This document shows positions 49,924 to 63,620 of a DNA stretch of 64,000 bases, one piece after another; positions within the stretch are counted from its first letter, which is position 1, and each line of letters starts with the position of its first letter. The stretch comes from Harriotta raleighana. Its lineage: Eukaryota. The position numbers and the translations under genes were made by a program. The notes under the pieces are model-generated. The model had not been told where the DNA came from. It worked only from the letters and a program-made list of their open reading frames with translations, and did no database searches. The DNA is taken from contig JBNZDD010013722.1 of NCBI GenBank assembly GCA_050575255.1, positions 8,563,083 to 8,627,082 on the forward strand, in the 5' to 3' direction.

Positions 49924-52900
49924 AGAAATGTATTGTAATCTTTAAACTATGAGCAGTGGTTATGTGGAAAGTACACTCACAGAGGGCCATTCTCAGTCTG
50001 TAAAAATGTGAGCATGTTCGACTTCACCATTGAGACAACATGTAGGGGTGGAGGGGGATAGGTCACTGCCGGCCTCTGATACAATCCCTATAAATATCCC
50101 CACAAATTGGCTACAAATCTGCTCTGCATGGCACTTGAATGGTATAAATTGAGGATTAGAAATTTGTTTTACTCAGAAGGTTATTCGATAGCTCAAACGC
50201 CTGTTGATGCCAAGTCTATGATAGAGTTTATAAAGGGAATCGGATAAACAATTGATTGAAAATATTAACAGATACAGGGAACGGAGAATGGAAAAACAAT
50301 AATGGACACCTGTGGGGGAGCCAGAAATGGTACAGAGATGATGAGCTGAATGGCCTCCCCCTATGCTACATTCAAATTAAGGCAATATCATGTAATTCAT
50401 AGTGTAAAAATCTATAAATCATCTTCGAGCACAACAACTGTGCCACAATCGGGGTTGGAGGGTGGGGGGAGAGCGTAATAGCTGCTGTCAATCTTTGGTC
50501 ATAAAATAAAAGGTCAATATTTCTGAACAGTTTCATTGTGATCTCACATTGAGTCTATTGAGAAGCATTGTAATTATCCATACATATTGCAAAGGCAACT
50601 CCCACACGTGCTCTGGTCTCGTATGCAGCTCTTGTTTACAAATAACAAATGACTCGGACAAAACGCCTTGTGAGTTTTTCTAAGAAGCCGAGGTTCTTGT
50701 GCTACTGTGCTAAATAATATTGATTTCTTTCAACTGAAATGGCCTTGGGACTGTGTCAAGCAGCAAGAGATATAATTGCTGCCTCATAATTTTCTATTGA
50801 TGTTGTCCACACTTGAATACTTTCTGATTGTTTGTCATGCTCCTGTGATTCTAACATGAATAACACCAGAAATAAAGCTGCTTTATCACAAATGGGCTGT
50901 TTCTCAGTCTCTGTTCAACCCCCATCAGCAAGTGGCTTCCATATCGGTAAAGATATTTCTAATCAGTTCTTTCTGATCCATTTTTTGATCTGTTCCATAT
51001 ACAGTAGAAGTGGAAATACACTTGCACTATAATACTGTAAAAAAAAGAATACTGCTGATATTAATTTGGAACCAACCCAACGAAACTCAGTGGAGATTTC
51101 AGGGTTATATTTTGTGAAACCAGCAAAAATGGAGGCAGTAACAGACTAATGGAGCTGCTGTCGGATAAGACTTAAGGTGAGATCCTGCTGATTTATGTGC
51201 ACATTAAAGATCCAATGCACAATTTGAAAAGAGAAGGAAATTTCTCCGGTATCCTGACCAACAATTCCCCGAATAATATTGGTCACACTGCTTCTGCAAA
51301 TGGCTGTTTGTTTGACAAATGGTCACTCAATCCATGACTGTGGGACACCGTGTGCGTGATTGGGTGCCACCTTTCACCCACAGTCTTTACAGGACATTCC
51401 GTAAAGCGCTTTGAGATGCCTCAAAGACATGATAGATTGTATCAAATGCAGGGATTATTATTTTAGTGGAAGATGCATTTCTGAGGTTGAAGTTGATTTG
51501 AACAGAATTCAGAAGCTCTTCAGAAGTGGTAATGATGAAATACTGCTGAAGCAAAGGGACTGACACGGAAACGAGGAATGTTCTGCTGGCCAGCATGAGT
51601 TCCTCATTTTGATTGGAACAAAATTTTGTTTTGCTCTCAATTCAATTTTATATTAATCATCAGTAGTCCTTCATGGGATCTAAATGCTTGTAAATTCAAA
51701 TGCATGTGAGCTGTACGTGTCTGAGTGCATATATCCCTAACACGTAACCACTTCAGTAACTTGATTCTTCATTAAATTCTAAACAAACTTCAAAAATGGC
51801 CTGTGCTAATCATAACCACCATCTGATCATAAACAAGGAGGCTGGAAACTCAGTGGTACTTGAGCACATATATCAACTTCACATCTCAATAAACAATTCA
51901 TGAGATTGCAAACAAACCTGCTGAGTAACCAGCTCTTGCCAAGCGCTGTGCTTCTATATTTGACCTGCAATTCATATTCAACTGAAATGTACTTTGGAGA
52001 TGGGTTTGTAAGGAAAACATTTGAATCCCAGCAGGTTTCTTTTCCAGTCAGTGGCTCTTAGTTCAATGTAACTCCACACGAGGGCGCAGTCCATCTAAAT
52101 TCAACAACTCCTCTCGGGTGCACTTCACATAGTGGTTTGAGAAAAAATTGCTTCAACGTGTTCGAGTTTTTGTACATTCCCTTGTGTGTCCGCCTGATAA
52201 AGTCATAAGGCTCCAAGTTAAAAGTTTGTGAGTTCAAGCCCCGTGTTGCAACTTTGAACCCATGTAGTGCAGGCTGACATTCCAATATAACGTTGGGGGA
52301 TGTTGCATTGTTGGAGGTGCTGGTGGCTATTTTGAGGTTAACTGCAAATAAACTAGAGAGTTTCATTCAAAATCTCTTTTTTATTTCCCCTTCCACAAAT
52401 AGCCATGTTTTCCACTGCTCTCCCGACTGGAAAAGGAAGAGCGGGCAGGGTCAGGTGATTTAGAAGGGATTACCCTAAGATTATATCAGAAGGATCAATG
52501 TATCATAAGGTTCTTTCTAGAAACTGGTCTTCATGAAGTGAAACATAGACAATAGGGCTTACAGCTACTTGAACAAGTATTTAGGTCCATGTAATGCAGA
52601 AGACAGAATCAAGCACACTGTTAATTAGCCTAAATATTACAGCAAAAAATATAGTTATAGCTAAGATGTAGGTGACAACAAAGCAATATCGTATTTAATT
52701 TCTTGTTGCNAAGACAGAATCAAGCACACTGTTAATTAGCCTAAATATTACAGCAAAAAAATATAGTTATAGCTAAGATTTAGGTGACAACAAAGCAATA
52801 TCGTATTTAATTTTTTGTTGTTTACTGTTAGGCAATTGGGAAAAAAAACACTGGGTAGTGGAAGCAGGCTGTTTCCATGATATCTAGAAGTGAGTGATAG

Positions 52901-53280
52901 TTTAATTTAAAGTCTCCTTTTTCACCCTTCGGGACTAGTTTCCATGATGTTTCACTGTATAAAATTGTATCTAGCTCATCACGTCTTTCTGATTGCATGG
53001 AAGAAAATTCATTTGTGCTATCTGCTTTTGACATTTTTATAGTGCAGTGTTATAAACTTTATAAGTTCAGCTTAACATTCACATGCTATTTATTATAAAT
53101 TCTGACACAAAAAATATAGGCTCATTGGCCAACGTCTGTAATAATATATTTTTAAAAAACCTGTTTGCTTTGTGACTCAGGTCTGGTGGCATAACAATAA
53201 TGTAACCTTATATAGTGTCTTTGACTTTTTCAAAAAATGTCTTGAAGCACTTTACAGAATGAAATTAATTAGAAATGAAA

Positions 53281-53326
53281 TGAGTGTGAGTGTGTGTGTG
53301 TGTGTGAGTGTGTGTGTGTGTGTGTG
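53281..53326. repeat. (TG)n microsatellite with GA interruptions
   Basis: Direct reading. Confidence 0.9.
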
Positions 53327-54062
53327 CGCTGGAAGCAAACATATCCGTTAATTTGTGCCAACAGTGTTCTACAAACAGCAAAAAATACCGTAGTTGAATG
53401 TCACAGAGTACTGGACTAGTTCAACAACCCTAACTATTGTACTTTCATTACTGTTTTTAGTTTACAAACGTTAACTCTTTGCACTTGAATTCAGAAGCCT
53501 GTTATTGGAAAATGCAAGATTTGATGCAATACTAGAAAAATTACCCTTCCTTATGGTAAAATTCTTCACTCAGAGGAGATAGCAGCAGCCACACTGGATA
53601 CAGGGAAATCTGTTATTATAACATGTAAATGTAATTGTATTCTAGCCATTATAATTTGAAGATAATGTGCTCGCTCACACATTCAGCTTTCAACCCAGAT
53701 GACATAATGCTTCAGAACCGCCTTCCATGTCATTTTGAATGGTGGTAGGGGAAGCTGCTTTGGATTTGATTGTCAGCTGAATAATAGAAGGATAAGAAAA
53801 TCTCCATCTCCAAATGTCTTCCCCATCTGTTGAGTAAGCCTATGCTAAAATGGTCCAAAGTGAATGATCTAATGGACCCACCCCTGCACACACACATATG
53901 AAATTCCAAAGCATTTTTATTTATTTAGGTTCTTAACCATAAGTGCACTACTAATAAATTTAATTATGTGCTGAACATCACAATGATTCATGTAGGTCAT
54001 GATCATCAATAGAATATGTACAGTAATCTAATACAACACAATATACTTGACAACTTGGCACC

Positions 54063-54484
54063 TTAGGAAAGGCTAGAGAGGCTAGGTTTATTTTCTTTGG
54101 AACAGAGAAGGTTGCGAGGAGACCTAATAGAGGTTTTTAAGGTCATGAGGGGATTTGACAGAGTAGATCGGGAAAAACTGTTTCTACTGGTGGGTGTATC
54201 AGTGACTCGTGATCATAGATTTAAAATAGTTTCAAAAAGAAGCAGAGGGGAGGTGAGGAGAAATTTTTTCACTCAGTAAGTTGTTCGAATCTAGAATGCA
54301 TTGCCTGAAAAGGTGGTGGATTCGATAACAACTTTTAAAAGAGAGACATTTATTTGGGGAGGACGGGTTTGCGAGGTTGCGAGGGGAGAGAGCTGGGGAG
54401 TGGGATTGAATTGCTCTTTTAAAGAGCCGGCACAGACTCCATGGGCCGAATGGCCTCCTTTTGTGCTGTAAGATTCTATGATTC
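54063..54484 (+). mobile_element. CR1 LINE 3' end
   Basis: ERLERLGLFSLEQRRLRGDLIEVFKVMRGFDRVD...RRNFFTQ; tail GGGCCGAATGGCCTCCT...ATTCTATGATTCT. Confidence 0.92.
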
Positions 54485-56199
54485 TTTTACGTCAGGAGGA
54501 TGCGATTCCTTAATAAAGAGCCTGAAAATCCATTTGACAAATGTTTGTGACATATAGAAGGCTAGCAGGAGGAATTCCTACTCAGATACAACAACAACAA
54601 AATAACATTTATAGAGCACCTTTCATGTCAGGAAGAGATCCCAGATTAGTTATTAAGAAATTCTGTTAGAAATTGTTGTCTTTTAAACTTAGGTGCTTCA
54701 AAATGTAGTGTATTTCTGCTATATTTTTATTAGTACATACAGCAAAGCAATGTTTTAGCGTAAAATGAACTGCTGTGTGCAAAGCAACCATTGTATAAGC
54801 ACTGGGAAAGTCAGGTTTCAGTTGTGATGCTGAGTACTATCTACAGGAGTTGACTTCAGTGCCCTTTGGTTAGTGAAGGAATAAATCAGACAAGTTTCTC
54901 ACTGCTGATGGCTGTACTTATAAGTGGTACTTTGAAGCCTCCAGTGTCTGGACTTCAGATGAGGGCAGCGATGAGTGCAGCTGGCGTTCTTGCTCCTGCA
55001 GTCAAATGGGAGGTGGGGGAGTCACAATTTACATCAGTCACTTAGACAGTGTAGCACAGGACAATCATTGCCTGTGGAACCTCGCTATAGTTCGAGTCCA
55101 TACCTTGGGGAGAGAATATTATTAATTAAAACAATTTACAAAATATATTTCTCGTCAGACTACAGATAGGTTAGAAAATACGTTGTTAAGAAAACTGAGT
55201 TCCTTTTTTTAAAAAAAATCTACGAGGGTTACGATTACATTGTAAATTCAATATCATTCGTAAAAACGGCTGCAGAATATTGAAAGTGGCTTTGTGTTCG
55301 TAGACAATTAAAGATAATTAAAGAACTGCCACCCATAGCGCTATGCTTATGCAGCCAATATCTTTCAGAGTGAAATTGATAACCTTTGCATTACTAAGAA
55401 AGAGAATTATATAATAAACACACAAGCTGATAAGAACAATCATTGCCATTCGATTAAATGTACACATTATGTTCTGATTCACAGGGATTTCCAATTACAT
55501 GAAGTTTACATTAAGTAGTATGTTTTGACAACAAAATATACAATCTGTAAAGTGTTTTGAGACATCTCAAAGATGTGATAAAGCGCTATATCAAATGTAA
55601 GGATTATTATTATCATATGGCATATAAACAGGCCACAGTTTTCAACAAGGAAACTGAAAGCGTTATTTAAGAAATTATTTCTTCATTGGTCTGTGATACT
55701 GAAGTACCTGTGTTTTTATGGCTGATATGACATGATAATGACAGATTGTATAATAATATATTCATGAGCATCAGATCAGAAACTGTACCTTGTGGTATAA
55801 AATGGCTAGGACCAGCCAACCTGTCCATACGGGTGTATTTCAAGCCTTGCTGTCTACATCTTCACTATTGTGAAACCCAGTGTTTCTTTACAAAATGCGA
55901 GATTGATGTATACACTGAATGACTAAAGCAATGGACATTCAATGCTAACTGCTTTTTTTTCTGGCTAGTTCAGCAATAGAAAAACTTCTGATACTACTTT
56001 TTAATACTCGTGGTGCGGGGGGCACGGTGGGAGTAAAATAAATGGGTGAACAGAAGCTTCATCTTCCCCTTTGAGTGTAGAGGTCTCAGTTAATACAGAT
56101 TGACTGTTTGCTATTAATAGGATTCACAAAAAGACAGATGGAGTTAATGGGAATTGCACTGAAGAATATGGGATAAATAGAGTCACTCGCACTTTCTCC

Positions 56200-56317
56200 C
56201 TGTGGGAGCAGAGAGGCGGGAGAGGCTGGATTAAAAGGGCCCCTTGCAGCACTCGCCTGGCACTTGCGATCACAGCCAGAGAGCAGGCAGGCAGGCAGGC
56301 AGTGCACTGGCTGCAAA
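56200..56317 (+). promoter_or_regulatory. Putative VXN proximal promoter / 5' UTR
   Basis: GGCGGG box at 56215-56220, TATA-like TTAAAAGG at 56231-56238, (GCAG)n run, immediately before the VXN ATG. Confidence 0.45.
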
Positions 56318-56384
56318 ATGCATCAGGTTTTCAGCTGCAGTGACGACCGCTTGCATGTCTTCACCACCGTTCTCTCTCCTAAAA
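56318..56384 (+). CDS. VXN: Vexin (C8orf46) coding exon 1
   Basis: MHQVFSCSDDRLHVFTTVLSPK versus human MMHQIYSCSDENIEVFTTVIPSK; donor GTGAG; expected syntenic position after ADHFE1. Confidence 0.92.
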
Positions 56385-56601
56385 GTGAGCTGGTTGTGGG
56401 TAAGTGCCAGGATCCAGCTGACGATCCCCACTTTTCTCTGCAGACAGTGGAAGTGGGAGTGGAGCATTGTGTGTGTGTGTGTATGTGTTTTGCTGTGTTG
56501 TTCTTGACCCTTTATTTGTGGCTGTGCTGCTGAGCTGTGAAATGTAACATTATGATTCCAGGCTGCTCCTTAATCCCAACTCTTTTTCGACCGTCTCACA
56601 G

Positions 56602-56657
56602 CAGGCAGTCCCACCAGTAACACACAGAGCGACTTCAAACAAGTGAGGCACAAAATG
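56602..56657 (+). CDS. VXN: Vexin coding exon 2
   Basis: Pyrimidine tract plus CAG acceptor, GTAAGG donor, 56 bp in phase with exon 1; TGSPTSNTQSDFKQVRHKM has the same length as human VSSPARRRAKSSQHLLTKN but low identity. Confidence 0.75.
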
Positions 56658-56732
56658 GTAAGGCGCATCTTTTCTTTAATATTCTGTACGGTATATAATT
56701 TTTTAAAACAACATACAGTACAGTATAGTATA

Positions 56733-56960
56733 CAGGCAGTCCTCAAGTTACTTCAGGGTTAGGTTCCTAAGATGTGGTGTAAGTTGAATTTGTATGTAAG
56801 TCGAGTCACCCCCCTATAATGCTTACTGTAACATACAGTGATTGGTTGTAGTGTCGTAACTTCGAGACTTTGGATGTAACTCGGACGTAATTTTACTGAT
56901 ATTAAGCATCGCATCTTCGAATTGTCGTACCTCGGAACGTCGTAACTTGAGGACTGCCTG
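56733..56960. mobile_element. 228-bp Tigger/pogo-type MITE
   Basis: Perfect 19-bp TIRs CAGGCAGTCCTCAAGTTAC / GTAACTTGAGGACTGCCTG with TA target duplication. Confidence 0.92.
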
Positions 56961-57105
56961 TACTCAATTCACCTGAAACTGACTCTGGTGTATAAACCAA
57001 CTGTTTGTATGTAATGGGGTAAGAGAATCACATTGTCAGTCAAACCTGCGGGCAGCAAAAGTGTGTGTCAGTGCTGGATGCACAATAATAATCCATGCAT
57101 TTGGT

Positions 57106-57406
57106 ATAATAATAATAATCCTTGCATTTGATATAACGCTTTTCACGTCTTCAAGACGTCTCAAAGCGTCACAGAATATACTGTAAAGTGAATTGACTGT
57201 ATATTTGTGGGTGAAACGCAGCAGCCAATTGCACACAGCAGTGTCCCACAAACAGTCGTGGATTGAAATTACCAATTTTTTTTGAGGGATTATTATTAAG
57301 CGTGTGGAGAAAGGAAACTTGCCCAAGGTTTCGCCCTGCCTGGATTCAAACACAGGTTCTCCTGCTTGTCAGGCGAGTGTTCTAACCAATGAACTACAGG
57401 ACTCCA
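57106..57406 (-). mobile_element. Full-length tRNA/Deu SINE
   Basis: Reverse-complement match to 33328-33648. Confidence 0.9.
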
Positions 57407-57594
57407 CATTTAGTGCCTTATCACGTCTTCGAGACATCTCAAAAGGCTTCAAAGCTTGTGGTATATGATTAAACTCACAGTAGGTGCTGACAGCCTAATT
57501 TTGTACTGACAGAAGCCAAACCTGGGACAACAACTTGGATTAATATACTGCCCTTCATGGGGTAGAGTCCCGGAGGTTTTGACAGTGGTAGAGT

Positions 57595-57950
57595 CTGACA
57601 ACTAGTCAGGGGGAGAGGAAGGGGTGAGGTGACCATAAGAACGTTCAAAAAGGAAAGTCCTGAGTTGGGATTTGAAGTAGGGGAGGGAGGGGGCAAGGCA
57701 GATGTATTGACGGAGAGAGTTCCAAAATTTCACCGCATAGTGACTGAAGGCACGGACACCAATGGAGGTGGGAAAGGAATGAGGGACAAACAGGAGGCCA
57801 ATGGCAACCAAATGGAGGCAGCAGGTGCTGGAATGGGGAATGAGAATGTCAGATAGGTAGAGAGGTGCAAGGGCATGAAGGTGTTGAAAACAAGTGAGAG
57901 TATCTTGAAATTGATCCGTTCAGTAATTGGGAGCCAGTGGAGCCTGGTGT
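57595..57950 (-). mobile_element. L2 LINE 3' fragment
   Basis: SIGVRAFSHYAVKFWNSL...FKSQLRTFLFERSY on the minus strand. Confidence 0.82.
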
Positions 57951-59982
57951 GATGGGTGTACTGAATTTATGTTTATACCCACAAAATACACAGTTAATCA
58001 ATCCATTTCACAGTACGTTATGTGAAGAATTTTGAGACGTCTTATCAACTTGATAAAGTGCTATATCAAATGCAAGGATTCTTATTATTATTAATAATAA
58101 GGATGTTTCAGCACCTTGGGACGTCCTCCCAACATGAAAGGCGCAATACAAATATAATTTTATTGTTGTTATTATTATGTGGGCTCCCTCTAGGACTGCC
58201 AGACTTTGTCTGTAATTGATGATATTTCACCTCTGCGGGCTGCCCTGTGAATGAAACTCGTGTGGACTATTATGTCAATCGATCATTCTTAAGCTTCTGA
58301 ATGCTGCGAAAAAGGTTTTTTTTTGTGTGGAAATTATGCTTGTGTGCAAGGTACAAATTTGACAAACAAGTAGATTCGTAATGATGCGTCTTCTAAATTA
58401 AGATTCAAAGAAGCTACAAATACAGTGTTCTAAATTACAATATTAACCTCCTATAAGATACACAGTCACGATAGTTTTCAGTAATTCCCGTGAAGTGTTT
58501 TGGGATCATCTCACAACATGAAGAGTTTTATACCAAATGTACGGATTATTATTGTACAGTATTTTTTACGACTCAATCAAAAGGTAAAAAAAATCAGAAA
58601 TGTTAGTATTGTATTAACCAATAATGCACTATATTCCATGAAGCACTTTGAGATGTATCAAAGACATGATAAGATGCTAAATCAAATGTAAGAACTATTA
58701 CTGTTATAAAATCAGAGTTGCCATCCTTTGGATGAGATGTTATACCGAGGTTTCACTTGTCTGATCAGGGACACAGTAAATCCCGGGAAGCGCTTTGTGA
58801 CTTGTGATGACTTGATAAGACGCTCTATAAAATGCAAGCAGTTTTATTCGTTTTGAAAATTCTGGAATGATTATCAGATGAGTCGACAACCAAAGTAACC
58901 AAAACAATCATCAGAATGTACTGTCAGGTAGCAAGCAAAACAGTGAAGAGTTAAATACAACAGATCAATTATCAGAGTGAGCAGTCATAATCCAAACCAT
59001 CCCAAGTTATTGAATCAGATACTATTTTTGGCAACGAAAGCTATTTTGATGAAGTAGATCACAAACTGGAAACCCCAGAGCCATAGATGGTGGGTTAAGA
59101 GCGTTAATAATTCCAGGTGGCGATTTTTAAACTGAATGCTGAGGATTGAGCAAACAGGGTTGAATTACATTTTCAAGAGGTAGGCAAAATTACAAAGCTA
59201 CATCAGTTGCACTCATGTTTTCTAAGACTCTCTGGCTGCAGCTTTGATGTGGATTCGCTGGCCAGTCTCAGTGCAGAGCTTTCAAAAGCTTAATTCATGT
59301 CTAACAACAATGTTCTGTAAAGAAAGCTCACAAGCTGAAAGCAATCAGAAATACTATATTGGAGACTCACTGCTGAACTGCAGAACACTCCAAATACACT
59401 GAAGGCATTTTTAAGGTGTACTGGGAGATCTTTCCTTTTTGTATCTTTCCTGTTGTCAGTAATCATACTTTCATACTATTTATGTAGCAATTGCATTTGT
59501 ACTTTGAGTTACAGCAAACAACAACAAAATTACACTTTCAGAACACATACACACACTTGGACTTCTGAAAGGGAAGGAACAGCATGTCTAATTTTTACCT
59601 GAGATTCACACATAAGGACTTAGTAGCAATAATGACTGAGTAGCGATGAGATCCTGAAATCCTGAAATTGTTGACAATCCTATTACAGTATGTAGTCCTT
59701 AAGAATAGTGTTCTGGTTTAGGTCTTTGGAAACAGGCCAAACTAATTGTGTTTAAACTTCCGGCTCATTATTTATATCAATGTGGATATTGAGGCAGAGT
59801 ATGCACTCCTACCCCATCCACCCTCCAGTTGTTCTGTCTGCTTGTGGACCAGTTTAGTGTGCTTTAGTTTAGCGCTTTAACAAGATGATTTAGTTTGTGC
59901 CCCAGCTCTTTGGAATCCCAGTCCCCCCAACTCGCTCCCTTGCTCCCTCCCCTCTTTCAAGGCACATCTCGACATACCCCTT

Positions 59983-60296
59983 TAATAATAATCCTTGTAT
60001 TTGATATCCTGTAGTGCTTTTCATATCTTCTAGATATTGCAGAGCGCTTCACAGAATATACTGTAAAGTGAATTGACTGTATGTTTGGGAGCAAAACGTG
60101 GCAGCCAATTGTGCACAGCCGTGTCCCACAAATAGTTGTGGATTGAAATGATCAATTTATTATTGTTTGTTTATTGAGGGATTATTATCAGTTATGTGGA
60201 GTAAGGAAACTTGCCTGAAGTTTTGCCCTGCCTGGAATTTAACCCAAGTCTCTTACCTGTAAGGCAAATGCTCTAACCGCTCAATACTGGACTCCA
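59983..60296 (-). mobile_element. Full-length tRNA/Deu SINE
   Basis: Reverse-complement match to the same family. Confidence 0.88.
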
Positions 60297-60450
60297 CTTA
60301 ACCACAGTTTCAGTCATCTTTGCCCTCTCCACTGCCGTCACTCTCACATCTAGGTCCAGTGCGCAGTGCAGTATCCTTTGGAACTCCATCCCACAGTCTC
60401 TTGTCTTCTTCCTTAACTTGCCTCCTTCAAAGGATGTCTCAAGCAAGTAA

Positions 60451-61946
60451 GTAAGTAAGCAACAGATCAGATTTGCTGGTTAAAAGTGGAATTGGCACAG
60501 CTTCAGCTGGGTGACTATTTTTCTCTATGTCTCCTCTTCGACCATCTTCTAACCTTACCATCCCAGTCCCCTTGCTCGGGTCCAAATCCCTGAGTGCTCA
60601 AATGTAATTTGTTGTTGTTATGAATGCGCTTTGGGACACCCTCCTGGTGCTGTGTAAAAATTGTATTCCTCTTTTCCTCAAGGCTTTGACTTATTTCGTG
60701 GAGCTCCTGTGGCTCAGTGGTTACTGCACTCGCCTTACATGCCTTACAAGCATGAGACCTGTGTTCGAATCCAGGCAGATCAGGGCGAAACCTTGGGCAA
60801 GTTTCCTTACTCCACATGCCTAATAATAATCCCTCCAAAAAAAACACAATAATAAAATTGGTCATTTCAATCAATGACTGTTTGTGGGACGCTGCTGTGC
60901 GCAATTGGCTGCCGCGTTCCGCCCACAAATATACAGTCAATTCACTTTACAGTATATTCTGTGAAGCACTTTGGGACATTGATAAGATGTGAAAAGCGCT
61001 ATATCAAATGCAAGGATTATTATTATATTATTATTATTATTTCAGGGTTCAGTTATATGGATCATGGCAGCATCCTGCTACCTTGCTTATACTACCAAGT
61101 GCTAAATACACCTTCACAGTTAATTCATTTATATTGCTGCATTTTCTTTTCATAAACTAGGTCATCTTTTTTATATTAGACTTTTGATCCAGTTTAATGA
61201 GCAGCATGGGAGACTCCAAGTTTTATAACCCATTTATACTAGTAACTCTTAACAGTTTTTGAGGGTAGACGTGATCGTGAAAAATGACTGACTCAAAGGC
61301 TATGCTTGTGAAGCATAGGTTGCTTGTGGTGCCTGGTTGCTCAATGTCATTACTGCTCACAGCAGTGACATGCTGTAGAGGGGCCAGAATGGTCCATGTA
61401 CTTCTGATGCCAGGAAAGTCTAATTATTTTAATTTTCAGTGAAGATGGGCTTGCCATTGCTAGTAAATCCTCAAAGAAAACGCAGCGTAACTAATGGTTC
61501 TAGCAGCGGTACTTAAAACAGCACATGTTTTGAAGTCTCCTGCTTGTCAAAAGTTTTCATTCAAAGCCTCCCAATACAACACCAAGTGACAAGACGTGTC
61601 TGGTGTTTGCATAATGACCTTTGAGACGAGGTCCCGTGAGGCCAAGGTCACATCACATTACATTCTTACAACATGCCAAGCGTCTGATCCTTAGTGTTGG
61701 TAGAATTATCAAAAGTGGAATGTTGCATATATAATATGCAGTGATGCTTCCTGTCCACAGAGAGCTGTGAACTGTATATTACTGTTGGCATTAATCTACC
61801 CTTTTTGGTGGCAGCAACAATCATTAATCTCAATAATCATGGGATTGTAAGGACGTGTGATCTTTTGCATAGACAAAAATAGTCACCCAGCTCAAGCTGT
61901 GCCAATTCCACTTTTAACCAGCAAATCTGATCTGTTGCTTACTTAC
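60451..61946. repeat. 79-bp inverted repeat pair (60451-60529 and 61868-61946), 77/79 identical
   Basis: Direct reverse-complement comparison; the left copy interrupts an L2 fragment. Confidence 0.92.
60699..61040 (+). mobile_element. Full-length young tRNA/Deu SINE
   Basis: Near-identical to 33328-33648; small internal duplication GCCTTACAT-GCCTTACAA. Confidence 0.92.
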
Positions 61947-63500
61947 CAGAGAGACCTCAGCAGAAATGGCTCAACTCCCGCATGACACTGTAACCTCCCT
62001 GGCCAGACAGATACTCACCCACACAAACACAGACTTGATTCAAGAATCACACAGTTTATTAACGGAGGGCGGGGGAGGGAATTGAAGCCACAATTACCCT
62101 AACAGACAACAAATATACAGTCAATTCACTCTACAGTCTATTCAGTGAAGCACTTTGAGACGTCGATAAGATGTGAAAAGTGCTATATCAAATCCAAGGA
62201 TTATTATTATTTTATTATTACAGAAGTACCACTGTACAGCTAAAAGTCCCGGAAGAATGCAGGCACCTGGATTTGTGGTCAGTGTTCTGCAGTCCTTCTT
62301 ACATCCTCTCTCCCTCAAATCCCCCTACCCCCTGCTCATTACTCAACTGTGCTGTACTCAGCCATATGACCTAGGCTCAGGCGAAAGAGAGAGACCTTCC
62401 ACTCTTTACAAATCAAGCCCCATCTTAGCAGGCTTCCCCATTGCCGGTACTCCAAGTCTGTCACAACAACAAATTACATTCTATAGCATCTTTCATATTG
62501 GGAGGATATCTGAGGTACTATTTAATGTACAAAAATCCTCAAATACCTCCTTTATGAAATATTATATATTTATCATTTTTTCCCTGGGAATTCTCGTTTA
62601 CCTGACACCTGTACTAACTTACACTGGTCACACAATGACTGCAGTGTTGCAGTTCACTCGCAGGGCATCTATGTTTAAGCTCTTTGTAGATGTGCAATGT
62701 CTAAGATATTTTTTATGTTCAGATTCATTGTACAGCATTTTCAGTCGGTTAATATCGCAAAGGCCTTTCATTTCATTTTGCCAACTCATAATATGAATAG
62801 AAGCTCTGTTAAAGCAGACCTCATATTTATCTTAGCATCAAAGCCGATACCAGTCACCAATGCACCTGTGTAGTACTCTCTCAAAATCTAATAATATGAT
62901 AATAATCCCTCAAGAAATAAAAATAATAATTTGGTCATTCAATCCACAACTGTTTATGGGAGATTGCTGTGCACAATTGGCTGCTCCATTTCACCCACAA
63001 ATATACAATCAATTCACTTTACAGTATATTCTGCGAAACACTTTGAGATGTCTAGAACATGCAAAAACACTATATCAAATGCAAGGATTATTATTACTAT
63101 TAGAATATATGGCTCCATTACTGAAGTAGTATTTGAGTCCTTTATTTTTTTTCAAGGAGCTTCATCATTTTCTTCACAGCCCACTGTTATTCAGAGTAAC
63201 CCTGGCAGAGAAAGGGGTAAAGAGCAGGACAGAGCCACCTCTGTCAGGTCAGCGCTTTGGGATGTCCTCCCGACATGAAAGGCGCTATACAAGTGTAATT
63301 TTGTTGTTGTTGTTGTTGTTTTCCCAAAGCCATTCTGTTACAAGACTGACCCAAGACAATTTCCCTTCCAGGTTTAAATTNCTGAGAAGAAAAGGGATCT
63401 AATAAATACTTTACATTCATTTATAGTGCATTGTTTACAAATGTATAATAATAATAATAATAATCTTTGCATTTGATATAGTGTTTGGATATCCTCGAAT

Positions 63501-63620
63501 AATCCTAGTTTCTCTAGCCTCTCCTGGTAACTGAAATCCCTCATTCCCGGTAGCATCCTGGTAAATCTTTGCACTCTCTCCAAAGTATTGAAATCTTTCC
63601 CAATGTACTGAATGCCTATG
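63501..63620 (-). mobile_element. CR1 LINE ORF2 fragment
   Basis: ERVQRFTRMLPGMRDFSYQERLEKLGL. Confidence 0.85.

Noticed and set aside
60451-61946. A 1.5-kb DNA transposon bounded by 79-bp TIRs
   Set aside because: No TSD, and the interrupted L2 resumes inside the supposed element.
62173-62796. 207-aa ORF in the VXN intron
   Set aside because: Starts in a SINE tail, crosses an L2 tail and has no recognisable domain.
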